DNA of 64,000 nucleotides from Ramazzottius varieornatus. Its lineage: Eukaryota; Animalia; Tardigrada. The stretch covers positions 310,001 to 374,000 of the forward strand of contig BDGG01000016.1 in NCBI GenBank assembly GCA_001949185.1, written 5' to 3'. The translations under genes and the position numbers were made by a program. Of this stretch, positions 1 to 14,031 are shown one piece after another. Numbering within the stretch: position 1 is the first letter of the stretch; each line of letters starts with the position of its first letter. The notes beneath the pieces were generated by a model. It was given only the letters and a program-made list of their open reading frames with translations. It did no database searches and was not told the DNA's origin.

Positions 1-1275
1 TTGACCTAGCGAACAGCATAACGCACATCTGGCAGAATTACGGAGGAGAAGCAGGAAGATGAACTGCTACATTGCGGCCAACTGGAAACGGCCTATTAGC
101 ACGATAAATATTGGTATAAAATTAGCAAAGACGAAAGACCAAGCACACGATCACCAAAAGCAACACCGGAAATTCAATCGATCTTATTCCCGTTGTGATG
201 AATGATCTGGCGTGATACTGCTCGCAGTGTACGATTGTGCAGTTGACCGCTGGTCTTCATGAGAGCTGGTTTAGTGGGCCATTCGATTAATTTAATATGG
301 TGAAGTATATGGAGAACGACAGGCAACAGTCGGAGTGACAAATATTCTACAAATTGTAATTGATTTCTTTGTCCTCTGTAAGTTCTTCGTAAGATCAATC
401 GTATAGGCAAACCCGACCGAACAAGTGGCATGCGCTCGAATTTCCATTTGACAGGTCTCTGTGCAGTGTGGTTCGTGAGCTCGAGTGTGGAGCGCCTACT
501 TGAAGTCCACTGCCCTAAATTCTCAGATCTCGATTCTGGTTATTGCGGAAACTTACAACATGCAATCAACAGTTGTTAACGGGGCTATCATCACCAGCTG
601 ACGTTTTCCCACATATCAGCTCGTTAGGTAGGTCTCTCAGGAGAATAAGCTCTACAAGAAGATGGTAAGCTCCAACGTAAACCGCTATGCATTCGGAAAC
701 CTAGTTTACGCATGCACCTCGACGAACACGGTTCGGGATCCCGCAATTCCAGGGCGACCCACCGGAAACGGCTGTTGGCATCAGACATCAAGTAATGCAC
801 TCGGACAGAAGCTCACTCGGACAGAAGCTCCCGCCTTGATTTCTGCTCCTCTCGATAAGAAAGATACAGCAGCAGAATCACTTGATGCGTTTGCAAACGT
901 ATGATCCGTTTGTTGCCATCCTATTGCTTATCGAAGAAAAAATAGAACAATGGAATCCATTCATACTAAGGCAAACAGACCAGAACTCGAATGATGTCTC
1001 TGCTATGCATGATTCCTGAGCGGAAATTTGTGGCGCCTTCTGGCGACAAGATTCCTCGCTTGCTTGAGTTCAACCCCCAGCCACGTGCTGTTTTGTCGAG
1101 CAATATGAACGAAATGTCACGTGGGACCTTTCACAGCATGCGGCACAGCCTTGACAGCAAATGTTTGTTGACGGTAACGCGGTTCCAAAGTTTCTGGACT
1201 GTACTGAATTTCAATTTCCTTCCATCCCGTTATGATTTCTCTGATCTGCATGCGACTCTTCAAGGCTTCTCCGCT

Positions 1276-2575
1276 ATGGAAAAAGAAACGAAGAAGTCTT
1301 TCAGCGACAGATGGCGATCAGAGTCATGGGTCTGTCTGGCAGCATTCCTTGCAGCACTCATAGTAACCTACGGGATCGCATTCCGGAACGGCACCTCCAA
1401 CCTCGCTGCGCACCTTTTCAGCATCGCGCTTACTCTTCTTGCCGTCACTGTCCAAAACTATCTCTCCCCTCGACGTTCACTTGCTGAGGTATGTGATGGA
1501 GCAGTGTGTTTCTGCGTTCGGCTATGGATAGTGCTCCTTGCAGGTAGCTATCCGGTCGCTGCTGTTGGGACAAGTGGCCGGGCTTGGAGTGGCTGTCGCG
1601 ACATCGTCCAGCTCCATCTGGATGTTCGGTGCCTACCTCGTCTTCTTGGCTGGTTTCCACTGGTCCGAGTACCTCTCCGTGTCCATCTTCTGCCCACTAA
1701 ATCTGTCAACAAGCAGCTTCATGCTGTACCATAGTCCGGCCTACGTGGTTGCAACTGTGGCGTCGTGGGTTGAATTTACCATCATTCAGTATTTTTGGCC
1801 AGGTAAACACTTACCCCTTCTCTGTTGCGCAGTAACATCACTGCAGTCGTGCATTTCTACCTGGGTACTCTGACGTTGTGCGTCGACTGAGTCAAAGACG
1901 TTGTTCGGCATGTCATTCCGCTATCCTACATGCTCATCCCTACTGTCCACATCGACAATTTTACTCTGTACACATTGCATTTGCATCCGCAGGTTTCCGA
2001 AACATTTCGGCCATATCGTACCTTGGAGCTCTCTTTTGCGTGGTGGGAGAATGCTTACGAAAGGCAGCGATGGCGACGGCGTCCAAGAGTTTCAATCACG
2101 TCGTTGAGGTAAAATCCTGTGAAACTGTTTCATCGATTCACAAATTTTGCGGTTGTGTGGTGCCGCATCAACATTCTTCCTCGTGTTTCTGGAATGTAGG
2201 ACCGCAAGCGAGAAGAGCATCAGCTGGTGACAAATGGCATCTACGGCATCTGCCGGCATCCTTCGTACTTGGGCTGGTGGATCTTTGCCGTGGGCACTCA
2301 AGTAAGTGCAGCTATGTACGACCACTTCATTTTGGTTCCATTTCTATTTCTTACTTAATCAACTTGATGTCCGCTTCATTCCTCTGGTTTAGATTGCACT
2401 TCAAAATCCGCTGTGTGCATTGGCATACTTTTGCGGAGCACAACGGTTCTTCGCCGAGCGCGTGGCGTACGAGGAAGAAAGACTGGTAGATTTCTTCGGA
2501 ACCCGATATGTCGAGTATCGACGAAGAGTACCGCTGCTCCTTCCATTCATCAGAGACGCTGGGAAAGAAGAGTAG
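1276..2575 (+). CDS. ICMT: Protein-S-isoprenylcysteine O-methyltransferase (5 exons: 1276-1488, 1544-1802, 1993-2108, 2200-2301, 2393-2575)
   Basis: GT-AG splicing keeps frame. Product has FHWSEYL, GECLRKAAMATASKSFNHVV, HQLVTNGIYGICRHPSYLGW and YEEERLVDFFG..YVEYRRRVP, all characteristic ICMT/Ste14 motifs. Confidence 0.95.
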
Positions 2576-3732
2576 GAGTTTTCGCACGTATGTTTTGAGT
2601 CCTTTCGAAATTTGATAAGCTGTTTCAGTCCAAACAAACACACTCGTTTTATTTTAATCTTTTTTATCCAGCTTTTCCTTGCCAAAACCGGCGCTTCGAT
2701 GCGTAGTATAGAGCTACGATCGAGAAATTTTCACCGTACAAATTTTGTGCTCGAAAAATACTGTCTGAATATCGTCGATTTTTTTATCAAGATCATGAAA
2801 ACTGTGGTTTTTAATTTGGAATTTTCCGACCCTCGTCCGCAAAAGTAAACTTTTTTCGAATTTGTTTCTTACACTTGTAAGCAAAACATGCTAAGCGTTG
2901 TGTTGCATGTTTCATCGCGGTAGTCATGAAAGACCCAATATTGCCTCTCACGCATCGTCGCCTCAACACGAGATCATGCAAAGTACCGCACAGTAGCGAG
3001 GACTCGATAACAGTGAGTGTACAGCTTTACAGCCTATGCTTGTTGTTACAGATAGCAAATTCTCGGGGATGGAAGGATCCACCCCCGATCCACTGTGCTG
3101 CCTAGCAGTCCACATCCGAGCTGGATTATACACGGTAGCTACTGTGTGAATGTGCGGTTATGGTGCACACAGTGTATACAGGACCTCCATTTAAAAGTAG
3201 CTCGGTTCATTGAGTCAGTAGCGCGCGCATGTATGCGGCATGCCTCTCCGTCCACGAGGACACAGGGCAAATGATGTGATTTTACGATCGATCGGTCTAA
3301 CGCTATAGAAGGACAAGCCTGACAGCAGCCTCGCCGGCCATGTCTTCTTTCCACAGCTGAAAGCCTGAAACATTACGCAGATGACGCTCAGCTCAATGAG
3401 TTCAGCCATCTCTGGCCTAGACTGTAGCCTCGTAGTATTTGCTGCTCTCAGCGCTTTTCAAGGCTTTCAAGTCCTCTTGCTGTAAAATAGCATTCTTTCT
3501 GTCTAGCGTAGCTAGTCTCGATCATACATGACTGCAATGGCTGCCTGGAAAATTTCCACCGTATATGATTGTGCGATCGTCATTTAACTTTGCTCGTCAA
3601 CATCCGCCAGATACCCCAATGCTGTCAAACCTTGCCTGCTTTTGATGTATGTGCGGTAGACCATATAAGTAATTCAAAACTGGTTCTGAACTTCTCTTCG
3701 TCTACTATATGTACCCTTGATATTGTGACATC

Positions 3733-5830
3733 ATGCCCGATATCGAGCATTCGACGACGGCCTCCAACACCTTTGCTACCGCCGAAGTTGTCCCTGGTAC
3801 CCATGTTGCGCACCATTCGGCCACCACCGAAGGCAACGGTGATGTGTCGACAAAAACTGGCAGTGTCACTCATCAAAGTGGTGTTACTAAAGTTGTGACT
3901 ACACATACATCGACCAAGATTGGTAAGTACCGAAAGTCTTGAGGAATATTACGTAGCTTTTACCCAACAACGTGGTTAGACCGTATTACATAGCGTGTGC
4001 AAAAACCGTGTGACATGTGAAACGTGTCATGACAGACTTGACTTCGTTCTTCTTCGGGTTTCCTACAGCAGCTTTTCATGCTGAAGGAAGCCTGCATGTC
4101 GAGAATGTACGATAGTGTAAAGCTTTTATGCCCAGTAGTTAACTCGCTCAAGTTTAGTCAGATGGGTGGCACATCTACCATATAGCGTATAGCGTAGCAA
4201 ATTGAGCCCGTGACCTTTTTATTTTCATTGATTATCCTGTACAAACACCCTGCCGTTTACGTACGGAGCTATTGATCAAATATATCCTCGATTTTTTTCA
4301 TTGAAAGGCTGGATACAATATCATGGACAGTGAGCTGGACCTTAGTGGGCCAATCTGATTTTACGTCGTTCTTGGAGCATAATTTATGTTGTTCCCCCTT
4401 TCTCCACATCACCAGACCGCGCGGTCGACAACCAGACATGTAAAATATTGTTTTATTAAGCTAAGCTGTTCTGGATTTGTGCGAGAACCTCATGCTTCTA
4501 TTGCAGATTTTTTTAAGAATTGACAAAAGGGCAAGGATAGATTGGATTAGTCTGTTTTCGCAAGTGGCGCAGGCTCCCGGCTGGTAACAGCGAGAACGTG
4601 CGCCACTTGAGAAATTATCTACTCATAATTCATTTATTTTTCTGAATTAATTTCTGGGATTTGTTTTTGCAGTATCCAACAAGATTGCGATTGGAAACGA
4701 GCGTGATATTACGCACGCGATGGCCACGATGAACGCCAATCCACATGTAATGCACCACGAAGAGATGGACACCCCAGCGGAAGATCGTAAAGTCAGTTTC
4801 CCACAAGACGCTCTCTCCTCCCGCAACTCGACAGCACATACCACAGAGCACATCAACAACTCCACCAACAACATAATCTATTCCGGTCGCATATTAAAGT
4901 ACGGTTATCGTTTATTCGGCAACAGCTGGCATCCTGTCGACTTGACCATTCACCGCGATGGCCACGCCGAATGGCGGTCCGTCGATGCCGACCATAGCCA
5001 CAACGCCAACCTGAAGGACCTCAGGTATGCCGGATATTGATCCTCGAAATTTGAGTCCTACGATGTCCCTCAAAAAGTTTAATTTCTTGTGTGCTTATCA
5101 TAATCTCAAAAATATCGTAGAAAAAAGCTCAAAGTTATATCCGCCCGGAAGCGTCCCGCGTAAAATAATAAGCGATGATAAATGAATATTTGAAAATTTA
5201 TTGCTCGCGAATTATCAAACGGGGAGCTGAACTTGCAATTTTTGCGCGAAAGTGAAGACTGGAAAGGATAGGTGTTGCGTGACGTTTTCGAATTGTGGAA
5301 TGACTATTTGCAGGTTGGGCATGATCGCCATCGGTCGAGCCTGTCTAGACATCCCTACCTACATTAGTCCGAAGATCAGCAAAGACATCAACCCTGATTA
5401 CCTCATCGCCATCGGCAAGCACAGCGGTTCCAAAGTGAAGAGTTTCTGGTTCGCAGCGCAGTCCGACAAGGAGCTGGCCGACATCAAGAGCGCCTTGTCG
5501 CACGTTTTGGGTCCCCAGTACATCGACATCCCCGCCGCGGACGTCAAGAAAGTCTGGAGCGGGCAAGGCGACATCCAGGTCTCCACCTCCGTTGTCGACT
5601 CTTCCCTCTCGCATCACGCCGGCAAGAACAACATGAACAACACGACGACGACGAGTACGGTGTCATCCCGTCAACCCAACAACATGGTTAACATCAACAA
5701 CATCGAACATCAACGAGCCAGCTCTACCAGTCCCACCGACGGACCTCCGCGTTCACTGACACCGCAAAAGAGAAACAAGGCCGCCAAAGAAGCTTTTTTT
5801 GCAGATATTCTCCAAGGCGACTCGAAATAG
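3733..5830 (+). CDS. PH-domain protein, weakly evectin/PLEKHB-like (exons 3733-3922, 4673-5024, 5314-5830)
   Basis: Three exons join in frame. IIYSGRILKYGYRLFGNSWHPVDLTIHRDGHAEW...FWFAAQSDKELADIKSAL matches the PH-domain strand-1 and C-terminal helix pattern. Flanks are low-complexity Thr/Ser/Asn. Confidence 0.7.
4555..4614. repeat. Fold-back element copy 1 (intron of PH gene), 27-nt spacer
   Basis: CAAGTGGCGCA(4561)-N27-TGCGCCACTTG(4599). Confidence 0.9.
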
Positions 5831-6543
5831 AGAAACCTCCTACTCTTTGGAAAATCCACTCTTGAGAAAATGACGGTCAGAAAAAGCTTCTTGCATTTTA
5901 TCCGATCTCGTCGTTGTTTCCATGTGTTACCAATTCGTACCAACCAACAGCCCAGCCAGCGACGTGTTTTCTCTCTTCGAGTTCGTGCATCCCGCCGTCG
6001 TTGTCTTGAGAAGCTAAAGCACACGATATGTCGTTTTTCCTTGGGAGAATCTCTATTGTATTACTACTACTGCTGCTGCACCTGTGGAGTATCTTTGAAA
6101 GACTTACTTTTTCTCCCTTAGCATCTTCTGAACATTTTATTTTTTCATGTTTCAACCTTTCAACCAACCCACACCACTTCTTATGTTTGCCATGGAAGAA
6201 ATCGCGTAGTACTCAAACGTAACAAACACTCTGCCCGTGACATTTCTGATACAAACTGTCAAAGACGTAAAAATGCATTTGTAAGCCTCGTCTAGATGAA
6301 TCGAGAAAATTAAATCAGAAAATCATATCAGCTGGCGCATGTCTTCATTGTTGCTAGATGGAAGAGTGCGCGACTTGACATGTAACGCAAAAGACGTATT
6401 AGAGCTGATAATAGCATTATTCAACCGGTCAGAAAACTGTCTCGAAAGACGGCAGAAGCCCACTGTACAAAAGTCTATCTCGACAGACTGCAAAGCGCAA
6501 CGAGAAAAAGCTTCGAAAGTTCGGAGAAGAAAGGACAACGAAA

Positions 6544-9500
6544 CTATACACTCAGCATTTCTTTTGAGTGGATTTTCGGCGTGACGTCGGTGAAGCTTTT
6601 TTCGGTGGCCTTTTTTACCAGGATATGTATTTTACCGGCTTTGGAAGGTAGTAGACTACGTTCAGCAGAGTCTGCTGGCTCAGCTACTGTTAGTCGGACA
6701 GAACTGCCTGATTCCAGCAAGCCGGCTTCGTGCGCTGCCGCGATCTCGTTGACTACTTTCCGCTCCACCTGTCAGTCACAATGACGGCGATGATTGCATG
6801 GACATGAATGGCGTTATGCAGTTCGGACATCACAATTACACGGTTTGGAAGGAAGCAACACCAACCTCGTGTTTGATACTGCGCGCGCCGTACCGAACAT
6901 TATAAGCGTCGGCCAGATTGTCCACTACCGAAGCTGCAAAGACACGCAGTACTTTGGTCAACCGCGAAATTACACACAGAAACACTACATGAAACAGTTG
7001 TCATCGATCGAGACATGAAAGCTCCAAACAACTGTCTACAGGCAGCTTTTATGACCGATCAAAATTTACGACCTTGATATTCAACCCATAGACACCCAGT
7101 TTTCGCACTAGCAAATTGGGATCTCGGTCGACCAGATCGTCTTCCCAAGCGACGCACGCTTTCACCCAATGAGACTGAGAACGTGCGCCACTTGGGAGAA
7201 CGATCTGGTCCACTTCGTCTGTCGAGCTCCCAATTCCCACCAGTCGGCAAGATAATCCTCCTACATGTGAAAATATATTAATATATTCCATAAATGCTGT
7301 CGTATTTTCACTCACATGCTTTAATGGTATTCACAACTCAAGTCTGTACGAAAACTGAGCCATGCATTTCGCTGTGAATTTTGGCCGGCAATACGAAGCA
7401 CCGTAAAATTTCGGAAGTATATTTGCTCTAGCGTTTACGACAGCGATAAGGAAGTTCTTCCCATACCCTGGCTGTGCCATAGCTCTCCCTCTAGGAGAAA
7501 CGTTCGGCCTCACCACTCAGAATATCTGGGGGTTGTTTGTTTTGAGTGAAAGCAAAATAATCAAAGTCAAGCTTACCATCCCAAGCAATGTCCACTTTAT
7601 GATGCTTCCTCGCCTGCAAAGAACAGAGGCGGCCTACGAAGCTGTCATTACAGTTTGTGCTGTCAATATCGCATTACAAGAAGACAGACAACCTACGCGT
7701 GCTTGCCATATCATCAGTTCCTTCATCACAAGATGGGCCAGCTCGCGAGCACTGAATGGCAGGAAGTAAACTAAACAAACAAAAGAGAACGTTAATCGCT
7801 GATGGAAAATGGCTGCACAAAAGACTAATCTAGTGAAGAAGCGACATACCAATTTCGGTGATACGACCTAAAAATTCGTCTCGACGGAAATGGCGCTACG
7901 AGAGATCGACAGTGATTTAGCCGGTAATTAGCCCGACAGCCTGACATCAAGGAGGAAGAAAGAGCCTGCTCGTACCTTCAGAATGGGTTCTACAATGTCG
8001 TGCTTGAACTGTTTTGAAATTTCTACCATGTCGGAATCAAGCTCGACCTCAGCTGGTCCATCTGTAATTCAAACACAGCCCTAATACTCGAACTTAGGGT
8101 CCAACATTGGCGCGAGACAATTTCATTGTTTGTCAAATATCATAAAACGTCGGGGAATCATACCGGAAGTGCGTTGGGTTCGAGACTTTTGAAGCTTTGC
8201 GGATCGTTCTCTTAAGTCAACGGCATGATCGGCTATCTCTTCGCTTGCAAGATTCGACGTCTACAACAAGCGCAAGAAACATTAGGACGATCCGGCGAGG
8301 TTCCACAGTGATTGTGCAGCATTTTGCACCAGTGTGGTGAACGGCGAGCTTACCATTATAAAGATGGCGTTCTTGCAGTCAATCGTCTTGCCTTTGCCAT
8401 CAGTTAGACGACCCTGAAGAAGGAAATCTTTCAGATATTTTTTTAAGTCATCATGCAGTTGGATATCGCAAGTCTCGTGGGCATCGTCCAATGTTAATAT
8501 ATACCTCGTCGAAGAGCTGCAGCATGACTGTGAGCACATCAGCATGAGCTTTGTCCACCTCATCGAAAAGGACGACCGCGTTGGGGAACTCCTTGAGCCT
8601 TGTCGTGAGCTGACCACCTTGTTCGTGACCTGCATCAAGCAGCAACGTCAGTAGCGAAACCCCAAGGAACGAACTCGCACCCAAGTACACATACCGACAT
8701 ATCCTGGCGGCGATCCTATCAGCTTCGCAACCTGCAACGTAACATGGAGGTATTAGGTGCACCTAAACACTAACTACAGCAAGAACGGTAATTACGGCAT
8801 TTGAGTCAGTACCTCGTGCTTCTCTTGATACTCGGACATGTCTAAGCGGATGAAGCCTTTCTTTGTATCTTTGTGCAGATACTTGGCCACTTGTTTGGCT
8901 AGCTCGGTCTTGCCAATGCCGCTGGAACCCAGAAACAGGAAAACAAGTGGCCTGTCTTCGTCATACCATCCGTTTTCTTTCCTCCTTATGGCTGAGAAAG
9001 AGCACCAGTCAGAAATTCCACGTCCAGGTAAACTTCAAGCATGCTAACAGGAACTTACTGGCGGCTACAAGCGAGATTGCAACGTCTTGCCCCACTAGGC
9101 TCTGCTTAAGACGCTGCTCTAATGGAAACCTTCTTCTTTCCTCGGCTTCCCGCTTCTGTCGGTTATAGGCAGCCTACAAAAGAGAATTCAAAATCAAACG
9201 CAACTACAAAGATGCTCAAATGAGACGAAGGTCTAATCCCACCGGAAGTAGACTCGTGATACGGTTTCGTAATAGGTAATTCGGCTCAATATCACTTCGC
9301 CGCGGAAAGAGTAAACATACATGTTCTTGATAATTCTTCAGTAGTTCCACAACCCGCTGTTCCTTCGCGTAATCGGCAGGTTTGTGAGCACGATCCGTTT
9401 CGGCAGAGGGGTCTGCACCAGCGTCTACCAGGAGCTATCAAGACCCATAACAGAAGTGAGGAAGAGTCTTCGAGGAGTCTGTGAGACTGCTAAAGTACCT

Positions 9501-10574
9501 TAATAGTGTCAAAATCGTTTGCGAGGACCGCGTAATGAAGTGCTGTACATCCTTTAAAAGACGTCTTCATGTTAAGCCGACTACTGAACTCCTCTTCGCG
9601 GGACAGCAGCACCTCAAGGTAGTGGGCCTGCTTGGCTTCGGCCACGGCGAACACGGTGGAGAACTCATCCTTCGCGTCGACGTCAGCTCCAGCCGCTAGT
9701 AACTGCTGAGCCACCCTGAAAACGAACAGAGTTCGCTCAAACCAGGAAGATGGTCAACATGCGTTACGATTCCTTACTTCGCTCTACCCATCATAGCTGC
9801 CTGTAATAACCGAAACAGAAACTTAAAACAGTCAACTCAATTCTAAAACAGCAATCTGTAAAATACGTACTAAATGAAGGGCAGTCCATCCGAAACGATG
9901 TCGACCATTTACATTTACTCCGTCCTTTAGAAGACTGCAATAGCAAAGTCAGTCACACTAAACAATCGGCAAGAACACAGTACCGGCCAAACTTGCGCAT
10001 TACGTCACCCGCAAACGGCGGAAGCCTCGTTCACTATTTTACGTCATGCGCCGACGAATGTTTACAGTGATAATGGTCAGGGTTGCTGCTTACTTTGATA
10101 ATGCTGCTTCGTCGCCGTTACGAACTGCCTCAAACACCCGCGGATCCGCTTTCTCTTTATCTGAAGAGTGAAACAACAAGGTGAGTCGAAGAGCAGAAAG
10201 TCTTACAAGTGATCGTATGTGCCTTTTCTGCTTTCGCAGAGGGCGACTGCCAGCATGTACAGCGACGACGCTCCGATGAGGTACGGCGACATGGGATCGC
10301 CGTTGTTCTGTCCCTTCTTGTCCCTGTTCAACTTGATAGTCGTCAAAGCATTGAAGGGGTTCTCCAGACGAGCCAGATATCCCAGCGGAAGGATTTCTTG
10401 GTGTCCGATCTGCGACGACACTCGGATGAGACGCTGTTCAGCTTCGCTGGCGTACTTCAGAGATTCCAGCGCGACGCTCTTTAAACATCGTCTTGCCTTC
10501 GAGTACCTCCAACAGGATATTCCCATCGATCCCCTGCCTTGACGCATACCTAGTATCATCGTTCTGGCTACCAT
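6544..10574 (-). CDS. CLPB: Mitochondrial ankyrin-repeat AAA+ disaggregase (Skd3), multi-exon; start codon uncertain (10574/10559/10547)
   Basis: Basic presequence and hydrophobic segment ending ALCES; ankyrin repeats ([24 protein letters not shown]); Walker [16 protein letters not shown]; [26 protein letters not shown]; Walker [12 protein letters not shown]; [14 protein letters not shown]; YGARSIKHE. Confidence 0.95.
7114..7235. repeat. Fold-back element copy 2 (CLPB intron), 27-nt spacer
   Basis: GACCAGATCGTCTTCCCAAGCGACGCA-N27-TGCGCCACTTGGGAGAACGATCTGGTC with outer AATTGGGA..CTCCCAATT. Confidence 0.9.
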
Positions 10575-11355
10575 CTTCAGCTTCAAGACCAGAACTACGA
10601 GACGCTCGAAGCCAACTTGATAGTTGATACGGAGATATTCAAGACTCTGGTTAGGGTGGGGTTATAGTGGCCTAAGCCAGGGTGGCTCTGGTTAACAATT
10701 CCAAGGCGGAAGTTGCCGAACCCTTGACCTATCAGGTGACTTTTTAGCCCCTGGGGCTGATCGGACTGAAACGGGTACCCCCTACGTCGCCCTTTCAGAC
10801 TTTTCGGTTGTGTAATGTGTTCTTTCGTTTTAATTTCTTACCAGTGAACGCAACCTTCCTCCGGTAGAAAGGCTCATTCTTGTTTCTGGTGATTGAAATT
10901 CGCTTACGAAACTATTTTATGAGGTTTCGTTGCAGGAGCAGCGAACGGAAAGACGGAGAGCAGCAAGTCTAAGTCGGTAAGGGAGCGTCGCTAGTACTGT
11001 GTGGAGTACTCGCTCCTGATGATCGGGTGTCACCCAACTTCACTGACGCAGACAAGATCAATAAATTTTTCCAACCGATCCTTCTGGAGCGCTCCCCGTA
11101 CAAGTCTACGCGATCGCAAAAGTCGGACCAGAGAGTAGAAGTTTTCCCACAGGAGGATATGGAGTTTGCTCCGAAAAAAAGCAGTAGCAGGTAGACCCTG
11201 AAATGGGACTTTGCGTGCATGGAACCCGGAAGTTGAACTGACTGCTTGTTCTGAACTTTATGTTACAGAGATTTGCATTCGACAGACGATACTGGAAGAA
11301 GTGCCGAAGATTGGAATGGCAAAAAGATGGGACTTTATCCATGGGGCATCTTCAG

Positions 11356-12141
11356 ATGGATATCTTGTCTGATTACTGTATACGTACTTTGCTTCTGCAG
11401 GTTTCTCAAACCCACGCGTGAATTTTCAGGATTTGCAAAGACTGGAAGGCCATCTGCAGACTCAACAGGATGCTCGATCTGCTCTTCTTCGACTTTTCAT
11501 CCTTCAGCATTTCATCCTTTGACGACGAGGACGACAACAAGAATCACGACCGGATGAAGGAGTGCGCTGCCTCACGTAGCCAAGACCGGCGCGTACCTAT
11601 GCGAGAAAGTTTCGCGTTTGACCCTGAAATGCTCGACAGTTAAGATAAGAAAGTGCTCTTTCTACTTGATATGGGACCTAACTTCAGCGGAACACCTCGC
11701 TTTATCGACGTGTCTCTACCGGAGTACCGTCATATTGATACGGTCGTGCTTTCTGGCTTGCGTACCTTTGATATCGAATTCGCAGGAGGGTATTTCTGAT
11801 TTGAAACCGTGGAAATCAAAAGTACGCTTCCACAACTGCAGCGTAAATTTAGAGTGGAGGTTTTGCCGCCACTGACTTCCCCACGGGAGGTGACTATCGA
11901 TTCCACGCTTCACCCTCTAAAGCCAGTAATGACACCTGGGTGTCTGAGATCACCGCGAAGCAAATTTTGGTGGAAAGCAAGCTCAAAAAGTCGAGACAGT
12001 GTTCAGTCTGCTCGACTACGCCGCATAGTTGACAAGAGCCAGTCATTTTGGCCATATCCTCAGGAGCAAACCCAGTGGCTCAGGACTCTCTTAAATAACG
12101 TCCCTTTGGATGATGATGTCGGGATGCTGGCGAAAATGTAG
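11356..12141 (+). pseudogene. Probable decayed F-box/LRR-type gene
   Basis: MDILSDYCIRTLLLQVSQTHA*IFRICKDWKAIC resembles an F-box with an in-frame TGA at 11419. Downstream LRR-like pieces (LPEYRHIDTVVLSGLR, LPPLTSPREVTIDS) lie in other frames with stops. Confidence 0.35.
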
Positions 12142-12967
12142 GCAAAAGAAGATTTAACTGTCCGCTGAGCAATCCACCGGTATCTGAAGACTAACACAGC
12201 TCGGCATCTTGTCAAACAATGGGGACCGACAGAGTTTACTTCGAGAGTACCCAGCGCAGTTTGCGAGTGGTTTGTCTTGGCTAGGATGAGTAAGTTGCAG
12301 TAATCCCATTGACAATCGATGTCGAACGGTTTGGCTCGTCTGATGGTGAGTACCAGTGGCTGTTAAGGACGACAGTTATAATGATCCGGATCTGGAAAGG
12401 TACACACCGGTGCGCAAGACAGCCAGTCATTATACTTTGATGAAGCGGCACGGCGAAGAGAATAACGTCTGCTCTGACTGTGTGGTTTCCTGCGGTTCCA
12501 GAGGCAAGCCTAGTAGCAACTTCGGTTCTGTTGTGAAGCGAATTTTCTACTGTAACGTTTCCGACTTCCGCGTACTCTGCTTTCTTGAATTTCTTCCCCA
12601 AGTAACTGAACGTGTTTTTCCGCTGTATGGCCTGGAACACATTCACTAACGTATTTGGCATGAACCAAAGTTGAAATATATTTATCAAGTGAAAGAATAT
12701 ACAGAAGAAGTGAAACCAAAGCGTGAAATGTCCATTGCCATCGAAAGATTAAATTTGCGTAAAAAATCAAAACTTCTTTTGAATTAGACAGCCAGCATTT
12801 GTAAATCATTGTAAATTAAATGGTCAATTACTTATGTTAAGACATGTTGAAGCAAGCAAAGAAAGATTATCGATATACCACATGTAAAAGACTATGCTCA
12901 TGACACTACAAAAGGATTCCATAGGAAGAATGGATGTTCTAAGGCCTGTTCTATCAATACGATCAAA

Positions 12968-14031
<1,064 letters not shown>

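Noticed and set aside
798-830. 16-bp tandem duplication CACTCGGACAGAAGCT
   Set aside because: Two-copy slippage event with no further structure.
991-1734. 247-aa ORF as a standalone gene (likewise 59689-60396, 47426-48130, 27932-28636)
   Set aside because: These are exon-plus-intron read-throughs of spliced genes.
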